Origin: the human T2T-CHM13v2.0 reference genome, Homo sapiens
Length of the DNA stretch: 64,000 bases
Reading direction: 5' to 3' (one strand)
NCBI RefSeq assembly: GCF_009914755.1
Contig: NC_060928.1
Shown: one piece after another, positions 54,101 through 64,000 of the stretch
Position numbering within the stretch: position 1 is the first letter of the stretch
Layout: the number at the start of each line of letters is the position of its first letter
The notes under the pieces: model-generated
Told to the model about the DNA's origin: nothing
The model's database searches: none
What the model saw: the letters and a program-made list of their open reading frames with translations, nothing else
Translations under genes and position numbers: made by a program

Positions 54101-54395
54101 TACTAGCCACTTAATACCAAAGCCATTTTTTTCTTAGGCCCTTTAATGTTTCCCGCTGAAAGATTCTTTCCATTTAAAATCAAAAACCGTTAAAAGTTGT
54201 ATGCTAGGTAGCTTGGTACCTGCATGTTGGAAGTACGTCCCTGCTGCTCCTCTAAGTTTTCTCTCTGTAGGCTGTTAAGGAGTGAAGGCCTGATAAAGCA
54301 TGTGTATGCATGCATGGATATAGATATGCATGGGTGTACAGCTGTCATCTATAAGTGCATATCTCTACACGCAGGATGTCAATTCAAATGTTAGA

Positions 54396-54704
54396 GGCAG
54401 GTCACAGTGGCTCATGCCTGTAACCCCAGCAATTTGTGAGGCTGAGGTGAGAGAATCCCTTATGCAGGAGTTCAAGACCAGCCTGGGCAACATAGTAATA
54501 GTAAGACCTTGTCTCTACAAGAAATAAAAAATAAAAAATTTAGGCTGGTACAGTGGTGTGCACCTGCAGTCCTAGTGACTTGGGAGGCTGAGGAGGGAGG
54601 ATCGCTTGAGCCCAAAAGTTGGAGGTTACAGCGAGCTATGATAATGCCAGTGCACTCTAGCCTGGGCAACAGAGCTAGATCTTGTCTTAAAAAAAAATTA
54701 AAAA
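54396..54704 (+). mobile_element. AluJ
   Basis: AluJ diagnostics ggaggatcgcttgagccc, gagctatgat and cctgggcaacatag. Diverged copy. Confidence 0.9.
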
Positions 54705-55649
54705 GTGTTATTGTCTAAGAGATGGGATGAGATCATATATTCTTTTTATCATTAAAAACTTTTGTTTTCTAAATTTCCTATGAGGAATATTTATTTCTTT
54801 ATAAACAGTATAAACAACTAGCTTTAAAAAATAGTGTGTCTAGCCTATGAAGAAAGAACAAGTAATAATCTTCATTCTACAGCAATGGTAATTTCCCCAA
54901 GATCATTAACTCTTCCAAACCTGTTTTCCCTGGATCTCAAATTGGAGCCTAGAGAAGGCATTTTTGCTAAAGGTTAGTTTGCCACAAGGGCTCAGATCAA
55001 TGAAATTTTTCTCAGCTTGAGTTTGGCTGAAAGGCCGGTTTTGGGGGTGTGTGGGTTGGTGAGAGGGCAAAGTCTTAGTCTATACTTATAAATAAATATA
55101 TATATATTTACATAAATACATTACACACATATATATTAACAAATATATATTATTTCTGTACAATATTTTACATATATATGTAACTTGATAAACTTTTGGT
55201 ATGCATGGGAGTGGGTTACCTAAAAGCATATTATACAGAATTGTTCTCTATTAACATTGGAGTATTCCTTCTACCAGTGTGAGGTCATACTGTGCACACT
55301 GCTTTAGAGTCTCTCCTTTGTACTGTGAACACTTCCAATGACATCAAATATTTGTATAAATAACAATTCTAAAGTTGCCTAACAGATATATCAAATTACT
55401 TATTACATCCTTAGGTTTAATCTTTTATATCATTTCCAATTTTCTCCATTACAAATAGGACCACCATGAGCACCTTACATGAATATGCTTTTGTAAATAT
55501 CAAAGAGATTTCCCCTAAGATCAGTCTCTGAAGTGGCACTGGTGATGAAAGGATGTGAACATGGGATTGGAATGTACAGGCCGATGTTGGGTTTCAGTTT
55601 CTCACTAATGCTAAGCCCTGAGACATTCCTCTAACACAGCAGAGTTATT

Positions 55650-55825
55650 TAGAGTCAGGCAGACCTGGGTTCAAATCCCAGTTCCAACTCCCTAGCTTGA
55701 TGGCCTTTATACAACGTGGTCTCTAAACTTTAGTTCCTTCCTATGGAAAATGGGGTAACGACCACCTTTCACGGCTGTTGTGGGAACTACATGAGACCAT
55801 GTGCAGAAGCTTCTGAGCACAGTTC
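55650..55825 (+). mobile_element. MIR
   Basis: agagtcaggcagacctgggttcaaatcccag...aaaatggggtaa...ggctgttgtggg. Confidence 0.75.
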
Positions 55826-56050
55826 CTTCACTATACCTCAAGAGTCAAGAGCTATTTCACCAAGAATTTGCATGAGGTGAAGGCTATAAATCTAAATGAT
55901 TCAAATGTTTAAAGTTGGGGTTCTTTCCTGACATTTTAGTAAAACTTACCACATGTGAGTACATGTCTTCCAGGAGTAGAACAGCTCACTTTGACCTGAG
56001 AGATTGTTAATGAGGTATTCAGGCTCTGTAGTTACAAGCATAATCTTCGG

Positions 56051-56400
56051 TGTGGTCAATGGAATGACTGACTCCAATTCATCCTGCCTTCCTCATCCTG
56101 ACTCAGATTACCTATGGGTGAACGCACCTCCTCCCTCACTGACTCTGAGCTTAGCTTCTGACTTGCTTTGGGCAATGACCCATGAGCAGACTTCCAGTAC
56201 ACCGTGTCCAACCAGTGGCTCCCAAAGAGCTCATCAGGTGCAGCTTGCCTTCCATGCCATGAGAGGAACATGCCCCTGGGCCTGCTCTCCAACCTGGGTC
56301 TGGAAATGAAAGGCACATGGAAGAGTCCTAAGTCAACCACAGGCAGCCCGCACAGCAACCCGGGAGAACAGAACATTTGTTATTGTAAGTCACAAGATGC
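56051..56400 (+). mobile_element. MLT1-type (MaLR) LTR remnant
   Basis: gacttgctttgggcaatg...tgccatgagaggaacatgccc...ttgttattgtaag. Confidence 0.55.
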
Positions 56401-57629
56401 GGAGCCCTGGCAGGCTGACACCCTGGCTGTTAAATTCCACCCACAGAGGCATGCTGGACCGCAGAACAGAACAGAGACAGCGAAGGAAAGGAAAATGCCT
56501 TTGGAGGGGGCGTATTTGTCCAGAGACATTTACTAAAACTAGGTCCACTACAATGCCCCAGCCCTTCTTTCCCCATAATAAAGGCATGACACCACAGGGT
56601 GCTAGCCAGGACAATATACTTGAGAATCTAGAGCCAAGGTGGACAGGCTGGTAATGGAAGTCTGCCTTGTCACTGCGGTTATTTCTCTCTAGGGGTGATT
56701 TACAAGGTGATAAAAGACCTCAAGATGCCAAAGGTACTTAGGCTGTTAAAAACCAGACTTTTATGATCCCTTGTTCCTTATAGTACATGTTTTTTCATTA
56801 ATCAAATGCTTATTCTATTAGAAGTCCCAAACCTTTAAGATGGTGGGACATTTCATTTTTATTGTCCTGAAGTGGCATTAAAATCCACATGGTCCTCAGC
56901 AGGCCACTGGTGAATTCCTCATGTTCGAACTCGTTCCACCCTCTGTCTTCTCTGATCCTATCTATTTTGTATTACTCTTTTAGAAGAATTTTTTTCTTTC
57001 TGTGTTCATGCTGGGATAGATGCTGAACTGTTAGCCAAAAGCCTTCTTTTTCTTCCCCTGCCTGTATTTGAAGTCTGGAGCCAGTCGCTGATGTCATTCT
57101 CAAGCCCATGTTTTTGCACTGTGGACCTCATCTCTTCTGGCCTCTTCTGCTGGCTGTCTTACCATCAGTGGGCAAAATTCCATGTTCCCATTTGGTTAGC
57201 CCAGAGCAAAGCCTGTCCTTGTCCTCTCCCTTGTCAATGGTGGGTTTCATCAAGGAATCTCTTACTGTATATTTTAATGACCAAAATGATGAAAATTTGT
57301 CATTTAGATTGATATTTTCTAGTTTTTAAGACTATTCAGAGTAAATTAATGATTATTTGTAAATATCAATAGTACAATTTGTAATCATTATATAACAGCA
57401 TCTCGAATCAAGTTTTATAAATAAATGGAGTATGTATTCAGTAGATAGACAAACGGATAGAGCACAGATCAACTAATAGAGATAACATTGCCATTAAATT
57501 ATAACTCATAAATGCTTTTAGAAAAAGCTTCCAGACAACTGCCATCTCTACCTTATTAATGCCTAGCCTGTAAAAGCAAGGAATTAAAGAATTTCTCAAG
57601 AAATGGCAGACTCCAGGTCTGTTTTTAGA

Positions 57630-57757
57630 AGTAAAGTTTTCTTAGAGCCCAGCCACATCTATTCGATTATGTGTTTGTCTGTGGCTGCTTTCACAACACA
57701 AAAGCAGAGTGAAGTAGTTGCAACGACTTAACTATATGGCCTTCAAAGCCAAAAATG
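57630..57757. mobile_element. MER58A-like fragment
   Basis: ttgtctgtggctgctttcac...gcagagtgaagtagttgcaac...tatggccttcaaagccaaaaat. Confidence 0.65.
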
Positions 57758-58610
57758 TGAGCAATAAATTATTTTTTAATTTTTCTACTGTTATTTTTAT
57801 GTGTAGGAAATGGTCTGCTTTGCTTAAAACTTGAGGCTCCTCTACTCACTGATCATATCTTTAATTAGCTCACTTTTCCCAAAATGTTTTTCCATCTTTT
57901 GTTTTTTATGCTTTCTTATCCTGCCTAAGCCACACCCTATCTGTTTTTCTGAACAAACTTAAGCCCTACTTGCTGGATGACAGCTGTAACCAACGGTGTG
58001 ACTTCCTTTCAAATCTCTAACTGTGCTTCACTGTCTGTCCCATGCACGTGGGCTCTTGACTCCTCACTAAGTATTTGCACAGCACCTACTGAGTACTGAG
58101 CCTTATTCTAGATCCTAGGAATACGAAAGCAAGCATCTAGATGTGAGCCCTGCCCTCAGTGGGTGGACGTTTGTTGGAGGAAGAGGCACAACCACGTCAC
58201 CACAAGGTAGTGAATTCCAGATATTACAAAAGAGGAGTTGCTATGGAGGAACCAACAGCAGGGACATCTTCCCTCTTTGAGGAAATCAGATCTGCCCTCA
58301 GGGAGAAGTAGAAACTGAAGAATGAGGAGCAGTTAGCTGATGAATGAAAGAAGTAGGGGCTGGGGGTGCTGTGGGGAGGGCTGGACGAGGAAGGGGAGGT
58401 TGGTAGCATAGGAGAGGAGCATATTTCAAGGACACGATATGGGAGGGAGTATGGCATGTTTGAGAAGCTAAGTGATAGGTTACAGTGAGTGTCACGATCT
58501 TGGGGACAGAGTGTGAAACAGTTTACGGAAGGCTATGCAATCCTTGTGGTTTTCATCTCTGGAGTACGCTGGAATGGATTCTGAGCCAAGCAATGATGGG
58601 ATCAGATTTT

Positions 58611-58921
<311 letters not shown>

Positions 58922-58955
58922 TGATCAGATTTTATGTTAGAAAATGCACACTCAG

Positions 58956-59276
58956 GGCCGGGTGAGGTGTCTCATTCCTGTAATCCCAGCACTTTGGGAG
59001 GCCAAAGCGGGCAGATCACAAGGTCAGGAGATTGAGACCATCCTGGCCAACATGGTGAAACCCTTTCTCTACTAAAAATACAAAAATTAGTTGGGCATGA
59101 TGATGGGTGCCTGTAATCCCAGCTACTCAGGAGGCTGAGGCAGGAGAATCACTTGAACCAGGAAGTCAGAGATTGCAGTGAGTCGAGATCAGGCCACTGC
59201 ATCCCAACATGGTGACAGAGCGAGACTCTGTTTCAAAAAAAAAAAAAAAAAAAAAAGAAGAAGAAAGAAAAGAAAA
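58956..59276 (+). mobile_element. AluSc-like with a long A-rich tail
   Basis: Contains aggtcaggagattgagaccatcctggccaacatgg. TSD agaaaatgcacactcag / agaaaatgcatgctcag. Confidence 0.95.
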
Positions 59277-61644
59277 AGAAAATGCATGCTCAGTTGCCTC
59301 CATAGAGAGAAGAGATGGAAGTGAGACTGAGGGAAGACCAGCCAGGAGGCTGCTGTGTCCAGTGAAGGCTGAGGAGAGCTGAGAGGGCCGGGCAGGGGAA
59401 ATGGAGGGGAGGGAATAGGTTTGAGAGGTTTTGGAGAAAGATCCCATAGCACATGAGACGGCTGTATGGAATGAGGGAGAGAGAAGAGTCTGGAAAGTCC
59501 CTGGTTTCTAGTTGGACAACCTGGTGATGATGCTATTTACTATGACAGGGACACAAAAGCGGAAGGTAGAGATGGGGGCAGGGGATGGGGAACTGCAATT
59601 AGATAAGATTGCTTTAAGCTTCATGCAGCTGTGAGATCTCCAAGCCACGGTGCCCAGGGCCAGTCAGAGCTGGCCCCTAACACTCAGGAACATGCAGACC
59701 TGGGCATCACCCACTTCAATAGAGCTGTGGAGTCTAGGTCCCCTCTGCCAAGCTGGCAGAAGCTATGACCATATACACCAAATTTGCATATAATTTCAAG
59801 GAACTCACAGGCCCAGAAGTTTATCCATGGACTCTGGGTTCATAATTTCTGCTATGGATGATAATAGAAGCCGTACGACTGGATGAGATGATCCTGGGAG
59901 AGAATAGAAGAGAGAACGTAGGACTGAGCCCCAGGGAAGCCCAGGGCTAAAGGAACCAGCAGAGGGAAGAGGAGAGAAGAAGACTTCAAAGCAGACCAGG
60001 AAAGAGGAGCTGACGTGGTGAAAGAACAACTAAAAAAGGAAAAAAGGAGCCACGTCCTAGAGGGAAGGTGCGTTTGCATCAGTGGCATTCGGTCCATTAT
60101 TTCCACATAACAAGTTGGCGAGCTCTTTAGAGGCAGGGGCTCCTTCTTCTTTTGTATCCCTGTTATCTCAAAATTGATGCTCATATCACAAACACTCAAT
60201 TGACACAGTGTCTTTAAATAAGTTTGCAGATAATGAGGAATTAGTAGGTTAGGCCTGACCTACCTTGAAAATAGTCAAACAACAATTAAGCTAGGAAATG
60301 AATACTGTGACTATATGGAGGCTTTGCTAACACAGCCTAGAACATAGTCTGCCTTCAATACATGTCGTGGGATCAGCATGGAACGTTCCTATGGATTAAC
60401 GCAAGCTGTGTCACTTTAGCACGGGAGGACACTAACTCCACGGGACCCTCACGTGCAGCTGTGGGGTCACTGAGCCAGGAATCGGGAAAACTGGATTCCA
60501 GGCTCGATTCTGCCACTAAGCAATAGTGTTACTTTGGGCTAGTTTCTGCATGCCCCTGAGTCTGAGGTTCAAGTTCCGAAGCTCAGTATTTTTCCCTCTG
60601 TGCCTTCCTATTGACCATCAGGGCTCCTGCAGGTGCTAAGGTGGATGATGGGTGCTGGTAGCCAACAGCCTATAAATTTCAAGGCACCTCCTGTACATTG
60701 CAGCACAAAAGCTATTATTATCAAGCATTGCAAATCTGCCAACATGTTCTTAGGTTTACAAAAGATGGATCATTTCTTTTCTAAGTAGTGTTTGTACGGA
60801 TTATTTTGGCCAATGAGCAATTTCTGAGAGTGGGTGACTGTGATTAATTGCCAAATGGTTCTAATCTATTATCTAACAACATTCTTCTAATGGAAAAGGG
60901 AAAATGAGTAAATTTGCCACTAATGTAAATGTAACATAAGTAGTAATTAATTTTCTTTATAAAAAGCTGAGCTCATTGACTATATTGAAAGTATAAGCAG
61001 GAAAGTAAAACATGACCCTAACAACAAACAGATGGCATTCCCCTTCATGTGCCTGCGCACACTTTTGAAGTTTGAGAGAAACCACACAACACTCATGCTT
61101 TCAATTATGTTTCCAACAGAGACAGACCCCAAATGTATTTTTTCTTTATAACTGATTGCTCTTCCACGTCAGTCCATATGCCTGAGCTGGAAATTTACCT
61201 CAGCAAAGGAAAGAGAAAGAAACCTCAGCAACCTCCTGACTTGGCACCCTCAGAAATACTAGAATAAATTTAAATCATTATTTGGCTAAGTCCCTTCTCC
61301 TCCTTTATTTTCTTCAAGGGAAAATAAAGGTACTTAAAGAAACTGGATCCAATTAAACTAACTTTGTCTTTTCTTTTTCTATTGGAGAAATTTGCTACAC
61401 TGATAAATATTAAACACGTATGGACTGTTGTTTCTTTCTCTGTATCTTCCTGACTGTATCTTTTCTGCCCAGGCTGAAGGAACATCCACAGATACAGATG
61501 TGGCATGTTTATTATCCTTGCCTGGAGCTTCTAAGTCGTGCACAGTATCCACTGCGGTTTGTTTGGAAGTAGAGAAAAAGAGAAATAAGTAATTGGAAAT
61601 GTGTAAAAATAATTCAAAGGAGTAGTAAGAAAAATGCATTTGGG

Positions 61645-61930
61645 TTCATTTACTTACTCATTCAAAAAGCATTTATGGAGTGCTTCATTTTTTCGGGTAC
61701 TTTTCTAGGGCTTGGAAATATGGCAGTGAGGATGACAGATGGGATGTTTGTTGCCTTCAATCACCTTTTATTCTACTATGAGGAGAGAGACAATGGACAG
61801 GCCAGCAAATACTCAGTCAGGATAATTGTAGATGGTGGGAAGTGTGGTGGAGAAAATAAAAAGGGTAATGTGATAGGGACCGCACATTTGGGAGGGCGGC
61901 TGGGAAACTCTCTGGGAAGCAGTGCTTGAG
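61645..61930 (-). mobile_element. L2 3' end fragment
   Basis: ttcatttacttactcattcaaaaagcatttatggagtgct...ttctagggcttggaaatatggcagtga. Confidence 0.6.
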
Positions 61931-62119
61931 AGGGAATGAATGAGAGTCGGCCATGCAGACAGCAGGGCAGCCTGGCGATGGGGAGAGAGGTTCAGGCCCG
62001 GTGGGAACAACTACAAAGATCATATGGTGGGCAGAGCGCTGTGCATTTCTAGTAGGCACATCCAAAGATGACAACGACTGGTCAACTGTTTCCAGGTATC
62101 ATTTGTTTTAGCTACATAG

Positions 62120-62720
62120 TGATCTAGGAGTTAAGAAAAAATCACTTAGGCGGACAGAAAGGGTAGGGGAGTCCTTGGTAAGGCCTTTGTTTTCAATGAA
62201 AAGCAGCCCCACATCATATTCTATCAAGGAGCAGCCTGTAAAGTTGAGCTGCAGACATAGACTAGCCACCTGGGAGCTTGCATGGTGAATACTGGCAGGA
62301 ACTAGGGACTAGACATGTTCAAGATGGGCTCCATCTTCCCTTCTCTTTGTCAACCACCTGTACTGTAAGGAGCAAACAAAATGGCACTGATCAACTGGAA
62401 AGGCCATTTGCATAATAAGATTGGGGTAGGGCAACCAGCCTTCCCGCTCACTATGTACACGTTATACGTGATGGAACCAATCCCTGAGCCCTATGGAAAT
62501 CAGACCCTGCCTCCTCAAACCTGATGATAAAATTGGGCGCATCAGCCACCCGTCCCCTCAAAGGCCCCTCTCTCTGTGGAGAGAGCTGTTTTCTCTTTCT
62601 CTTTTCTTCTGCCTTTTAAAGCTCCACTCCTAAACTCCTCGTGTGTGTCCATGTCCCAAATTTTCCTGGCACGCAACAAGGAACCCCAGGGTATATACCC
62701 CAGACAATGTAGCCGCTTCA
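62120..62720 (+). mobile_element. MER61-like ERV1 solo LTR
   Basis: Termini tgatctaggagttaagaaaaaatcacttaggc ... accccagacaatgtagccgcttca. Contains gagctgcagacataga, agacatgttcaagatgg and ccatttgcataataagatt. Confidence 0.8.
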
Positions 62721-62965
62721 GTCGCATATCTTAATCCCCTAAGAACTCCCAATATCCCCATTTTACAGGAGAGGAAACCAATGGCCAGAAAGATGCAGCT
62801 TTCCAAGATCACCCAGGAAATAAAGGATGGAGCTAAGAGTGGGTCACTTCCCGACTCAATTTATGCTACCTTGTCTCAGAAGAGGATGCCTCTGAGGCGG
62901 GCATGTAGTTGCCCCTGCAGGACCAAGACAATGGGGCCAGCTGGATTCCACTTTATACAACCAAT

Positions 62966-63306
62966 ATGGTCTGTGTCTGTTTGGATTTCTATCTCAGAAT
63001 GCAATAGACAGAGTGGCTTATAAGCAATGAAGGATTTATTTCTCACAGTTGTGGAGGTGAAGGAGTCCAAGGTCAAGGTGCAGGGAGATTTGGCATCTGG
63101 TGAGGGCTACTGTCCGGGCTTCTGGATGGCGCCTTCTCACTGTGGCCTCCCGTGGCTGAAGGGGACAGGAGCCCTCTCCTTTATAAGGGCAATAAGCCCT
63201 TCCTGGCCTAATCGCCTTCCAAAGGCCGTGCCTCCTAATACTGTCTTCCTGGGGATTAGAGTTTTAACATGAATTTGGGAGGGACTTAACCATTCAGTCC
63301 AGAGCG
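62966..63306 (-). mobile_element. MLT1A-type MaLR LTR
   Basis: gtggcttataa...atttatttctcacagttgtggagg...gtccaaggtcaaggtg...tctggtgagggc...cctcctaatac...aacatgaatttgggaggg. Confidence 0.8.
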
Positions 63307-64000
63307 GATATTATGTCCCAGAATCCTCTAGCTGTGATGGAGCCACGCCGACCTCTGTGGTCTCCGCACCTCCGCAGTGCAGGCCAGGCGTCTTCTGACT
63401 CAGCTCCAGCCGCAGAGCCCTGCTGCTCTCACAAACAGCCCTGCTGTCTGCGACCGTAAAAGCACAGCCTCCAACTGGGGAGAGTGCGAGGGACGTTTTC
63501 ACAGGTACACCGTTTTAGTCATAATTTATTATGCTTTTGATTATGAAGATATTTGAATGGCTCAAACCATGATGCCAAGGAAGGAATAACATGTAAAATA
63601 CATTTACTCGATGTCATGCTCTGAAATCCCTCAAGCTCCTACACAGAAAAAATAAATTATACTTGTGAATAAAGCCTGTGGTAGGAGGAGGTGCTGTTTC
63701 CAATCTGTCACGGTTCCAGCTCCTCAGGCCTTGCAGTCTCAACAGCACCGACCCCAGTAGCTGCCTCCTGTGGACTCTTGACTTGCCACAAAAGCTGATT
63801 TTTTTCCCAATTAAATCTTCAAGGTTTGCTGATGATTTATTGATGTAACAATCATACATTGTGGTGCCTTATAAATACACAGTATCGTAATAGCAAACGT
63901 AGGTGCCAAGTCAAATGAGACATGTCCCTGAGCTCAAGAAGCTCACGGGTGTGATGGTGGAAAGAAGAGGCTTATCGTGGCAGATGGTAGCATAAAAGGA

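Overview
Primate genomic DNA, most likely human (it carries AluY/S/J, L1PA, THE1D, MER21, MER61, MIR and L2). It is mostly non-coding, and I can support no protein-coding exon. The long ORFs come from tandem repeats (16.0-16.8 kb and 32.3-34.2 kb) or from decayed L1/Alu sequence. The left ~21 kb is largely nested old retroelements: THE1D elements inside a minus-strand L1, MER21A, and an internally deleted L1PA15/16-like copy carrying a 39-bp minisatellite amplified from its own ORF2. The best non-repeat signal is a candidate minus-strand core promoter at ~27.7-27.9 kb, with TATA/MEF2-like, Inr-like, GC box, NKX2-5, E-box, T-box and GATA motifs. It is followed by a candidate ~555-nt non-coding first exon ending at a GT donor at 27130. 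An ~1.85-kb C-rich/G-rich VNTR lies ~4.7 kb upstream of that start. The window also has an unusual density of minisatellites, suggesting a distal chromosomal location, and a closely spaced head-to-head inverted Alu pair. I found no convincing novel multi-gene system. Repeat subfamily calls come from recalled consensus sequences, not from an alignment.
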